Below are positions 1-8,537 of a stretch of 32,000 nucleotides of DNA, one piece after another; within the stretch, counting starts at the first letter, position 1; each line of letters begins with the position of its first letter. Origin of the DNA: Acaryochloris marina MBIC11017 (GTDB lineage Bacteria > Cyanobacteriota > Cyanobacteriia > Thermosynechococcales > Thermosynechococcaceae); assembly GCF_000018105.1 (NCBI RefSeq), contig NC_009925.1:3750001-3782000 (forward strand). Reading direction: 5' to 3'. The position numbers were made by a program, and so were the translations under genes. Under the pieces are notes generated by a model. That model was not told the DNA's origin. It was given only the letters and a program-made list of their open reading frames with translations, and made no database searches.

Positions 1-636
1 GCAACCATTGGGTTGCTAGATTTATCTCTTGTTCCCAAAAATCATGGCAACTTACATGACTAGGGATAATTAGTCTTTGGTAGGGGAGCGAAGAAGATTT
101 CAATCAGTCATGCAGGTATCTTTGGGGTTATCTAGTATTTGTTCTAGTCAAAAAGTATGAGAGTGACCTGCCTTGATTCCACGCCATCAGCCATGCTCTA
201 TACGTGTCTGGAAAAGGACTATCGTCAGTCTTGAAGAGGTCAAGCCCGGTTCTTTATTCAAACAGTGAAAATCTAAGGTGCAAAGTAGCTTGTGTCCTAG
301 TCGAGATAAGCTATTGCTGACGTCATGTTGCAGCAAAATAATTTAAATTTCAAAGAATGATTTTTGCTGAATTAATTTAAGATCAATCCTGTCTAACCAT
401 TTCAGTGAAATGATTTTAAGGAAATTATTTAGTAATTTATCTGCAAAAAATTGCTAAATAAAGTCTCTGAATAGAACTTGCTTAACGTCTTTTTATCTCC
501 TTTGAAATAAGCCTCAGAAAACGGCATTAGACTAAAAACTTAAATTACTCTGTCAAAAGATATGCAATAATTTGTTACATTCAAGATCTGAGCTGTATGA
601 GTAACAGTTCAAGCCCTTTGTTTGAGAAAAAGAAGC

Positions 637-2115
637 ATGCGTGTTGCGATTGTTGGTGCGGGTTTGGCAGGGATGGCCACCGCTGTTGACTTAGTGGATG
701 CCGGTCACGAAGTCGAGCTATACGAAGCTCGTCCCTTTGTTGGTGGTAAGGTCAGCAGCTGGGTTGATGACGACGGCAACCATATTGAAATGGGCCTGCA
801 TGTCTTCTTTGGCAATTACCGTCGCCTGTTTGACCTGATGGCAAAGGTAGGGGCTTTAGATCACTTCTTGCTAAAAGAGCATGTTCATAACTTTGTGAAT
901 AAAGGTGGGCGTCTTGGGGCCCTGGACTTCCGGTTTTTTGCTGGGGCGCCCTTTAATGGCCTAAAAGCCTTTTTTACGACGTCGCAACTGTCCTTGAGAG
1001 ACAAGATTCAGAATGCGATCGCACTCGGTACCAGCCCCATTGTTCGCGGTCTAGTCGATTACGAAGGGGCCATGCGCAACATCCGCGCCCTAGATAATGT
1101 CAGCTTTGCCGATTGGTTCCGCCGTCATGGTGGCAGTGACGGCAGCATCAAACGTATGTGGAATCCCATTGCCTATGCTCTTGGGTTTATCGACTGTGAA
1201 AATATCTCCGCCCGCTGCATGCTCACCATCTTTCAGATGTTTGCGGTCCGCCGCGAAAACTCCATGCTACGGATGCTCGAAGGCTCACCCCAAGAATATC
1301 TGCATCAACCCATCATTAACTACTTAGAAGAGCGGGGCGTTAAATTTCATCTGCGTCGGCGCACCCTAGAAGTGATGTACGACAACAAAGATGACGAGAC
1401 CCATATTACCGGCCTCCGAGTGGCGAAGGAAGAAGGGGATGAAATCATTACAGCAGATGCTTATGTTTGTGCCTGCGATGTCCCTGGAATTAAGCGTCTG
1501 ATTCCAGATGATTGGCGCCACTGGTCAGAATTTGACAATATCTATAAACTTGATGCTGTTCCTGTGGCCACCGTGCAGCTCCGCTTTGATGGCTGGGTCA
1601 CCGAAATGAACGACCCCCAAGCTCGTAAACAAGTGGAAAAAGCAACGGGATTGGATAACCTGCTCTATACTGCCGATGCTGATTTCTCGTGTTTTGCCGA
1701 TCTAGCCCTGACGAGTCCTAGCGATTACTACAAAGAAGGTGAAGGGTCCCTCATGCAGCTGGTGCTAACCCCTGGCGATCCTTTTATCAAAAAGAGCAAT
1801 GAAGAAATTGCTAACCATGTCCTTCAGCAGGTTCAAGAGCTGTTCCCCTCGGCCCGAGATCTCAATATGACTTGGTATAGCGTGGTTAAGCTGGCCCAGT
1901 CTCTCTATCGAGAAGCGCCCGGCATGGAACCCTATCGCCCCCACCAAAAAACACCCATTCCTAACTTTTTCCTAGCCGGAAGCTACACCAATCAAGACTA
2001 TATCGATAGTATGGAAGGGGCTACGATTTCCGGCCATCAAGCTGCCCAGGCTATTTTAGAAAACGCGACTACGATTCAGCAACTGAGTGAGAAATATCCA
2101 TGTCAGATTGGCTAG
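637..2115 (+). CDS. crtQ: zeta-carotene desaturase (ZDS/CrtQ)
   Basis: N-terminal FAD dinucleotide-binding motif [16 protein letters not shown]...[22 protein letters not shown] and the C-terminal [17 protein letters not shown] blocks are typical of plant/cyanobacterial ZDS. The ORF opens at TTG 622, but the first ATG (637) gives the canonical start. Confidence 0.9.
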   Translation: MRVAIVGAGLAGMATAVDLVDAGHEVELYEARPFVGGKVSSWVDDDGNHIEMGLHVFFGNYRRLFDLMAKVGALDHFLLKEHVHNFVNKGGRLGALDFRFFAGAPFNGLKAFFTTSQLSLRDKIQNAIALGTSPIVRGLVDYEGAMRNIRALDNVSFADWFRRHGGSDGSIKRMWNPIAYALGFIDCENISARCMLTIFQMFAVRRENSMLRMLEGSPQEYLHQPIINYLEERGVKFHLRRRTLEVMYDNKDDETHITGLRVAKEEGDEIITADAYVCACDVPGIKRLIPDDWRHWSEFDNIYKLDAVPVATVQLRFDGWVTEMNDPQARKQVEKATGLDNLLYTADADFSCFADLALTSPSDYYKEGEGSLMQLVLTPGDPFIKKSNEEIANHVLQQVQELFPSARDLNMTWYSVVKLAQSLYREAPGMEPYRPHQKTPIPNFFLAGSYTNQDYIDSMEGATISGHQAAQAILENATTIQQLSEKYPCQIG

Positions 2116-2543
2116 AACATAGTGAACAAGTCGAGGTCCCCGTTAGCATTGACGCGGCGTGGGACCTCTGGTCTGATTTAGAACTCATGCCCCAATGGAT
2201 GAATTGGATTGATTCCGTTGAAATCCTCAAAGATAAACCCGAGTTATCCCGATGGACCCTGTCTGGAGGCGGTCTGACTTTTACCTGGTTATCTCGCATC
2301 CTCAAAGAAATTCCCAATCAAATTATTCAATGGGAATCTGTGGATGGCTTACCCAATCGAGGGGCGATTCGCTTTTATGATCGCAAACAAGATACCAGTG
2401 TGGTCAAACTAACGGTTGCCTATAAAATTCCCGGCGTAGTGGGGGAGTTTATGGATAATCTGTTCCTGGGGAATGTGGTGGAATCCAATCTCCGAAGCGA
2501 TTTACAACGTTTTCGAGAATATGCCATTCAGAACCAGTCTTAG
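2100..2543 (+). CDS. SRPBCC (cyclase/dehydrase, START-like) family protein
   Basis: 147-aa ORF whose ATG overlaps the last 16 nt of crtQ. The W-rich pattern ([18 protein letters not shown]..., [17 protein letters not shown]) is typical of the polyketide-cyclase/SRPBCC fold. Confidence 0.75.
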   Translation: MSDWLEHSEQVEVPVSIDAAWDLWSDLELMPQWMNWIDSVEILKDKPELSRWTLSGGGLTFTWLSRILKEIPNQIIQWESVDGLPNRGAIRFYDRKQDTSVVKLTVAYKIPGVVGEFMDNLFLGNVVESNLRSDLQRFREYAIQNQS

Positions 2544-2579
2544 ATCGCCGCAATAGATTTGTATGGCTAGTAGACTTGT

Positions 2580-3197
2580 ATGGCTAGCAGCAAACGAAGG
2601 ATGATGCAGACGACTGCTTGGCATCTAGGGTTCGTAACCGTAGTCGTGAGCATGGCTAGCGCTGCTGTGGCCGCCAATCCAGACCATGTTCAACAGGTCA
2701 AGCAAACGGGTTCTTGCCCAAATTGCGAATTAAGCCATGCTGATTTACAGAATCTTGAGCTAGAAAAGGCAGACCTTAGTCGCGCTAATTTGAGTCATGT
2801 CAATCTGAGTGACGCTAACTTAAGAAAGGCCAATCTGAAAGGTGCCAACTTAACAGCAACCAATTTAACAGCGACCAATTTACGCGGGGCTCAGCTCCAG
2901 GGTGCTTTTAGTCAGGATAAATGTGACGACGTCTATGCAGAGTTAGCCCAGTTGGGTGTATTTGCAGTCCTGAACCCATTTTGTCGCTCTGATCAGGCTC
3001 GTATCTGTTCCCTGGCTGAAATGGTTGATTTGGCACGCATCATTGATGTTCCCCTCAAGGTATCCTCCGAGAATGTAGAGATGCCTGGGTTGGTTCAAGG
3101 TTTTATTGACCAGTTCAGGAAGGAAGATACATGGCTGGATCGCGTGCGTACGCATTTTTACAAAGCTGATCTTCAAGGCGCGAATTTAACTGATTGA
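2580..3197 (+). CDS. pentapeptide-repeat protein with N-terminal signal peptide; 3' end possibly truncated by an IS3-family end
   Basis: Hydrophobic signal-like N-terminus (AWHLGFVTVVVSMASAAVAA). Tandem A(D/N)LxxANL pentapeptides (ADLSRANLSHVNLSDANLRKANLKGANLTATNLTATNLRGAQLQGA). The ORF stops inside a new repeat run (ADLQGANLTD*), and the stop TGA is the first triplet of an IS3-like terminal sequence. Confidence 0.8.
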   Translation: MASSKRRMMQTTAWHLGFVTVVVSMASAAVAANPDHVQQVKQTGSCPNCELSHADLQNLELEKADLSRANLSHVNLSDANLRKANLKGANLTATNLTATNLRGAQLQGAFSQDKCDDVYAELAQLGVFAVLNPFCRSDQARICSLAEMVDLARIIDVPLKVSSENVEMPGLVQGFIDQFRKEDTWLDRVRTHFYKADLQGANLTD

Positions 3198-3265
3198 AGT
3201 GACCCCCAAGATTCGGACAAGTCCTTAAGCATCGTAATCTTGTACCGAATGAGGGAAATTAATGT

Positions 3266-4612
3266 GGGACTGTTCAGAGTTTTGTGTAAGCGGTCTAGGA
3301 TCCAAACACATCAGGAGACCGTACGATGTCTAGAAAGAAAAAAGCTCCCAATCGAGTCGATGAACTGTTAGATGAACTCATCGGAGAGAACCCTCAACCG
3401 GAAGATATTCTGGGCGAATCAGGACTGCTTAAACGACTCAGCAAACGCCTAGTGGAACGAGCCCTTGCAGGTGAATTGACTCATCACCTGCAGCAATCCT
3501 CCAACGATCAGTCAGGTGATGAGAATTCTAATGGCCCCAGAAATAGTCGCAATGGTTACTCGAAAAAGACCGTCCAGTCTGAACAAGGAGAGATGGACCT
3601 ATCGATTCCTCGTGACCGTTGCGGCGAGTTTGAGCCTGTCCTGGTGCCTAAAGGCCAGCGACGCATCGCAGGGCTCGATGAGAAAATCATCGCCTTATAT
3701 GCTCGGGGCATGACCACCCGTGATATTCGAGCCCAATTGGTGGAGCTGTATGGGGCCAATATCTCTGAAGCTCTGATTAGTGACGTCACCAATAGCGTCA
3801 TGGAAGAGGTCAAAGACTGGCGTTCAAGGCCGCTGGATGAGGTGTATCCGATTGTCTATCTTGATGCGCTGTATGTGAACATCAAAGTCAATGGTCAAGT
3901 CAGCAAGCGAGCTGTCTATGTCGCTTTGGCAGTGACTGTGGAGGGCAACAAGGAACTGTTGGGATTATGGATAGGAGCCGCTGAACGAGAGGGAGCAAAA
4001 TTCTGGCTTTCGGTGCTCACAGACCTTAAAAATCGAGGAACTCAGGATATCTTGATTGCTTGCTGTGATGGACTCAAAGGTTTTCCTCAAGCGATTGAGT
4101 CGGTCTACCCTCAGACCCAGGTGCAGGTTTGTATTGTCCATCTTATTCGTAATAGCCTTCGCCATGTGCCGTGGAAGGAAAGTCGAGCCGTAGCTGCAGA
4201 CCTCAAGCCCATTTACCAAGCGGCCACTTTGGAAGAGTCTGAGGCTGCGTTGGATGCATTTGCCCATAAATGGGACGAGACGTATCCTGGCATTAGCCAA
4301 ATCTGGATACGACATTGGGATAATGTTGCCCCGTTGTTTCAATACCCAATGGCCATCCGTAAGGTTATCTACACCACCAATGCCATTGAGTCGCTCAACC
4401 GCTCACTGAGAAAGGTGATTAAGACCAAAGCGGTTTTCCCTAATGAAGAGTCTGTCTACAAATTGATGTTTCTAGCGATGAGGAATATTTCGAAGCGATG
4501 GACCAGACCAATTCTGAATTGGAAGGCGGCGCTGTCCCATTTTGCTATTCTGTTCCCAACACGATTCAACTATTGAATACACTGCTGCTTACACAAAAAT
4601 CTAAACACTCTC
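3266..4612 (+). mobile_element. IS256-family insertion sequence, apparently intact
   Basis: Imperfect terminal inverted repeats: GGGACTGTTCAGAGTTTTGTGTAAGCGG (3266-3293) versus the reverse complement of 4585-4612 (GAGAGTGTTTAGATTTTTGTGTAAGCAG). Flanked by a perfect 7-bp direct repeat TTAATGT (3259-3265 and 4613-4619). Single Mutator-type transposase ORF inside. Confidence 0.85.
3326..4576 (+). CDS. IS256-family (Mutator-type) transposase
   Basis: 416-aa ORF with the characteristic blocks IVYLDALYVNIK...AVYVALAV..EGNKELLGLWIG..EGAKFWLSVLTDLKNRG..DILIACCDGLKGF..AIESVYPQTQVQ.CIVHLIRNSL. Confidence 0.92.
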   Translation: MSRKKKAPNRVDELLDELIGENPQPEDILGESGLLKRLSKRLVERALAGELTHHLQQSSNDQSGDENSNGPRNSRNGYSKKTVQSEQGEMDLSIPRDRCGEFEPVLVPKGQRRIAGLDEKIIALYARGMTTRDIRAQLVELYGANISEALISDVTNSVMEEVKDWRSRPLDEVYPIVYLDALYVNIKVNGQVSKRAVYVALAVTVEGNKELLGLWIGAAEREGAKFWLSVLTDLKNRGTQDILIACCDGLKGFPQAIESVYPQTQVQVCIVHLIRNSLRHVPWKESRAVAADLKPIYQAATLEESEAALDAFAHKWDETYPGISQIWIRHWDNVAPLFQYPMAIRKVIYTTNAIESLNRSLRKVIKTKAVFPNEESVYKLMFLAMRNISKRWTRPILNWKAALSHFAILFPTRFNY

Positions 4613-4615
4613 TTA

Positions 4616-4921
4616 ATGTCATCAAAACGTCGTCAATATAGTGCTGAGTTCAAAGCTCAAGTGGTCTTACAATTGTTAAGCGGTGAAAAAACGAGCAGTG
4701 AATTGTGTCGCATCCATACCCTGCACTCTAGCCTCCTCAACCGCTGGCGCAAGGAATTTCTAGCGCACGCCAGTAGCATTTTTGAGAGTCAGAACAACGA
4801 CGACAACGCTGAAGCGAAAATTGCTCAGTTAGAGCGTCTAGTCGGCCAATTGACGCTGCAATTAGAGATCGCAAAAAAAGCCTCACTGTCCTTACACCTA
4901 ACCAAAAACGGCAGATGGTGA
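4616..4921 (+). CDS. IS3-family transposase OrfA (HTH), remnant element
   Basis: RRQYSAEFKAQVVLQLLSGEKTSSELCRIH....LLNRWRKEF plus a leucine-zipper-like tail, which is the classic IS3/IS911 OrfA pattern. A7 slippery run near the 3' end. The expected orfB is absent. Confidence 0.8.
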   Translation: MSSKRRQYSAEFKAQVVLQLLSGEKTSSELCRIHTLHSSLLNRWRKEFLAHASSIFESQNNDDNAEAKIAQLERLVGQLTLQLEIAKKASLSLHLTKNGRW

Positions 4922-4924
4922 GAC

Positions 4925-6454
4925 CTGACTTTTCACGGTAAATTCTAGAGCGCTTTCCCCATTGCGATTGTAGGGAATTGTTCTCCATTCAGCTACGATG
5001 ACCAAATCCTGAGTTTGGAGATGATTAGGATGCAGACATGGTGGAAGAAGAATTTTGCTGAGTGTCAATTCAACGATGACCGAAGGTCGGTCGTAGACCA
5101 TCAGCGCTTGACCCATCGAGCTCTCAAAATTGGTCAAGCGATTAGTGCAAACTTCGGCCAAGCCCTGTTGAGCATTTTCAAGACTGCAACAGATCTCAAA
5201 CGCTCTTATGAGTTTTCGCTAATGTGAAAACCAACTTCTCTCAAATCATTACTCCTCATTGCCATGCAACTGCCCATGCCATCACCGAGGAAGAGATTAC
5301 CTTGTGCGTGGGTGATACGAGCTTTTTAGACTACGGAGGCATCAAGAAGAAGCGTCAAGGCTATGGTCCTCAAGGCAATGGGGGGAATGGCTTATTGCTC
5401 CACAGTGCCTTAGCTGTTGACCCCGAGCAAGGCCAACCATTGGGGTTGCTATGGCAAAAGGTATGGAATCGTCAGCATCGACCCCAGCCTCCGAAAAAGG
5501 AAACCCCTCGACAAAAGAAGAAGCGTCAGGCAAAGGCGCGACAAACTTCTCGGAACCGACCCTTTGAACAAAAGGCATCCTATCGGTGGGTCGAAGCGAT
5601 GCAAGCCGTAGAAAAGATAGTGAGTCCTTCTACTCGTTCCATTCATGTGTTTGACCGAGAAGGAGATATTGCCGAAGTGTTTGAGCGGCTCAATCACCTC
5701 AACAACACAGGGGTTGTGGTTAGAGCCTCACATAATCGTCGGCTTGAGCAAGACCCCAATCGACTGTGGAAAAAACTGGAAGCCCAAAGTATTCAATTCG
5801 AGTATGAAATTGACTTACCCAAAACGAAAGACCGGAGTGCACGTACAGCCAAGCTAGTGGTGCGCTGTTGTCTCGTCCAACTGCAGCGACCTACCCGTCT
5901 AGCTGATAGTCATCCCCTCCAGGTATACGCCGTCTATGCCACAGAAGTAGATCCCCCAGAGGATGAAGACCCAGTGTCATGGATGTTGCTCACGAGTGAA
6001 GCAGTCACCACTATGGAAATGGCTCAGACCATTTTGCGCTGGTACACGTACAGGTGGAGAGTGGAGGAATATCACAAAATTCTCAAATCGGGGACTCAGG
6101 TGGAGCGGTATCGTTTGGCTGCTGAGGGGATGAAAACCTTATTAGGATTCCTGTGTGTCACTGCTGTAGAACTGTTACGCTGGACCTACTTAGAACGCAC
6201 ATCCCCTCAACGGCCTGCTCAAGATGTCGTCACACCTTTACAGATTAAAGTTCTCAGAGCGAAGACATCGAAGGTTCCCAAAAACCTCACGGTTGCATGG
6301 GCAGTGAAAGCAGTTGCACGACTTGGAGGATATCTGGAGCATCGTCGCAACACACCGATGGGGATTCAAGTGCTTTGGAAAGGATGGGCTAAGTTAAATC
6401 TCCTAGTCGAGGGCTGGCAGTTAGCGACCCAGGAGACTTAGCGGGAAAAGTCAG
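4925..6454 (+). mobile_element. IS4-family (IS50/Tn5-like) insertion sequence with a frameshifted transposase
   Basis: Terminal inverted repeats CTGACTTTTCACGGTAAAT (4925-) and the reverse complement of 6436-6454, CTGACTTTTCCCGCTAAGT. They begin like the Tn5 outside end CTGACTCTTATACACAAGT. No flanking direct repeat: TGGTGAGAC on the left versus CTCCACAGA on the right. Confidence 0.8.
5015..6441 (+). pseudogene. IS4-family (Tn5-like) DDE transposase, interrupted by one frameshift
   Basis: N-terminal DNA-binding part (5015-5227: W..NFAECQFNDDRR...) and the catalytic part (5224-6441: DTSFLDY, VFDREGD, YTYRWRVEEYHKILKSG = YREK motif) lie in different frames. A -1 slip on GAG TTT TCG (T4 run 5213-5216) restores ...SYEFFANVKTNF..., the usual AYRF(F/L)xNxxV junction. 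Confidence 0.8.
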
Positions 6455-6937
6455 CTCCACAGAAGCGCCATCATTCCAGTACAAAATTCCCCAGGGCCAT
6501 TCATGCTGGCAATGCTCAAACCATTTAATATGTTTTTCAATGAGCTGGTGCTTAATCTCCATATCATCTGGGACTAAAGCTCGTGCTTCCTCTAGTAGAA
6601 TCCAATCTGTTTTTTTATCGATCTGTTCCCATAACTGAGAGCATGAATACAAATTTTGCATAGTTGTAAGTAAACCCTTTATACTCCACAGTTCTTGCTG
6701 TCTATAGCGATGCAGCAGTGCCGGGAAAACGATTTCTGAGTAAAGCTCATGCCGAATGTTGTGACCAATTTTGTGACCGTTTTCCTGTTCCCAAATCGGC
6801 AAATACTCTTGGGTCCAGGCAATTTTTTCTTCCATGCTCTGGAATGAACGAATAAAAGCCAGCAAAGGCTTGCGAGCCTCTTTCCTCAAGCCTTGTTGTT
6901 TAAGCTGGCAATATTGCTGAAAATAGTCTGGCTGCAT
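6455..6937 (-). pseudogene. hypothetical protein, 3' end truncated by the IS4-like element
   Basis: The ORF (6389-6991) reads through the IS end at 6454. Its last roughly 21 residues are IS-encoded, so the native C-terminus is lost. The first ATG is at 6937 (6991 is TTG). No recognisable domain. Confidence 0.5.
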
Positions 6938-6975
6938 TGGTTGTATCAGAGCTAGCAAACGGGATTGGCCGGTAA

Positions 6976-7545
6976 CTAGTCCAGCAACCAATGCACCATA
7001 TCTTGTACCGTTAAGTGCACATCCGATGCAAAGTTCGGGACAGACAGGGAGCGATCAGAAGAATCCATATCAAACACTTGCAAAGCCTGCTCTGAGGCGT
7101 ACACAAAAACCGTTTGTTCTGTAGGATCAATCAGCCAACCGAGCTGAGTGCCATGTTGGAGACAAAACAAAATTTTCTTAGTGGCCTTCGTCTGACTTTT
7201 ATCCGGCGACAAAATTTCAACAATCCAATCAGGCGCAAGGGAAAACGGATTGGCAATGGAGCCATCTTCATCTCTAGGAATTCGCTCCCAGGTGAAAATT
7301 GCAATATCTGGAACGATCGAACGTCCAGCAAAGGTACAGCGTAATTCGGGAAAAACTCGCCCTCTTTTTTGGGGCTTTAGCACCCTTTCCACAGCCATCG
7401 TCAAATCCCGCTGAATTGTGCTGTGTTTCCCTTGGGGCATGGGCTTTTGAACAATATATCCGTCAAGATACTCGCTGGCAGTTTGCGTTTCTGGCCGCGC
7501 CAGGAATTCTGATAAGGGAACGGTTTGAGCAAGGGCTTGAACCAT
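6976..7545 (-). CDS. Uma2-family (DUF820) putative endonuclease
   Basis: LSEFLARPE....EYLDGYIVQKPMPQGKHSTIQRDL...VFPELRC.F.GRSIVPDIAIF.....D......PDWIVEILSP.....D...K...Y...G..LGWLIDP....V.VY is the typical Uma2 (PD-(D/E)xK) pattern, a family highly expanded in cyanobacteria. The ORF-track start (7593) lies in the IS630 inverted repeat. Removing the IS elements puts an in-frame TAG upstream, so the native start is ATG 7545 (MVQALAQ...). Confidence 0.85.
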   Translation of the reverse strand: MVQALAQTVPLSEFLARPETQTASEYLDGYIVQKPMPQGKHSTIQRDLTMAVERVLKPQKRGRVFPELRCTFAGRSIVPDIAIFTWERIPRDEDGSIANPFSLAPDWIVEILSPDKSQTKATKKILFCLQHGTQLGWLIDPTEQTVFVYASEQALQVFDMDSSDRSLSVPNFASDVHLTVQDMVHWLLD

Positions 7546-7580
7546 AATGGATAGCTGAAAGAGAATCGCTATGTCTCTTA

Positions 7581-8534
7581 TAGCAGTCGCCATATTGAGA
7601 AGGACTTAAACTAGAGAAGTATTTTATTCCTTCTCCTATGTGATGCCCAAAATTTATAGTTACGACCTACGTTGCAAAGTGATAGATGCGATTGAGCTAG
7701 ATGGGATGCGCCCTTCAGAAGCGAGTGAACTGTTCCATATCAGTCGTAACACCATTAACCAATGGCAACACCTCAAGGCGGAAACGGGTGATTTGCATCC
7801 CAAGCCAGTCCATCATCCTGGCCATAGCCATAAAATCACTGACTGGGACAAGTTTCGAGCGTTTGCCCACAAGCATCGTCATAAAACCCAAGCTCAGATG
7901 GCTCAACTATGGGATGGAGAGATTAGTGATCGAACCATCTCAAGAGCCCTCCAGAAAATCGGATTTACTCGAAAAAAAAACATATGGGTACCGAGAACGA
8001 GATAAGCACAAACGGGCAGCGTTCATCAAACGTCTGAGTACCGTGGACCCAGACGATATCGTCTATGCGGATGAGTCGGGCATGGATCATCGAGACGAGT
8101 ATGACTATGCTTATGGCCCCAAAGGTGAGCGGGTTTATGCTTTGAAGACTGGGCGTAGAAGCGGCCGAGTCAATATGATTGCGGCGTTGAGAGCAAAGCA
8201 GTTGATGGCACCGTTCACGATCGAAGGAGCTTGCAATCGGACTGTGTTTGAACTTTGGCTAGAGCGTTGCTTGATACCCGTGCTCAAGCCTGGGCAGAAG
8301 CTGGTGATAGATAATGCCACTTTTCACAAGGGAGGACAAATACAGGAATTAGTGGAAAAAGCAGGATGTGAGGTTTGGTATTTACCGCCTTATTCCCCTG
8401 ACTTGAACAAGATTGAGCGGTCTTGGTCTTGGATTAAAAGTCGCATCCGTCACCAATTAGAACATTTTGGATCTCTCAGAGAAGCAATGGAACATGTTCT
8501 ACATCTAGTGTCCTGAATAGAATGGCGACTGCTA
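7581..8534 (+). mobile_element. IS630-family insertion sequence
   Basis: Terminal inverted repeats TAGCAGTCGCCAT (7581-7593) and ATGGCGACTGCTA (8522-8534), with a further shared AGGAC block. Flanked by the TA/TA duplication (7579-7580 and 8535-8536) typical of IS630/Tc1-mariner elements. Confidence 0.85.
7640..8516 (+). CDS. IS630-family transposase in two frames joined at an A9 run
   Basis: HTH part (7640-8005: YSYDLRCKVIDAIE...ISRNTINQW) and DDE part (7701-8516: IVYADESGMD...RVNMIAAL...LVIDNATFHKG...YLPPYSPDLNKIE). The frames switch at A9 (7972-7980). Removing one A gives ...FTRKKTYGYRERD.... Confidence 0.85.
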
Positions 8535-8537
8535 TAA

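Larger units (their letters stand above)
3195..4924 (+). mobile_element. IS3-family element remnant: left end and orfA only, split by IS256 and cut off by the IS4-like element
   Basis: 3195-3265 starts TGAAGTGACCCCC...GGACA (IS3-like TG... terminus) and carries the SD GAGGG in front of the orfA ATG. orfA (4616-4921) contains an A7G slippery run (4873-4880). Only about 15 codons of the -1 frame (orfB) follow before the IS4-like end at 4925. No right end was found, so the left boundary is inferred. Confidence 0.5.

Noticed and set aside
2559-2587. 12-bp direct repeat TTGTATGGCTAG x2 (2559-2570 and 2576-2587) duplicating the start-codon region of the pentapeptide gene.
   Set aside because: It is short and is probably a local duplication. 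The upstream ATG (2563) opens only a 13-codon out-of-frame ORF, and there is no further support for a regulatory role.
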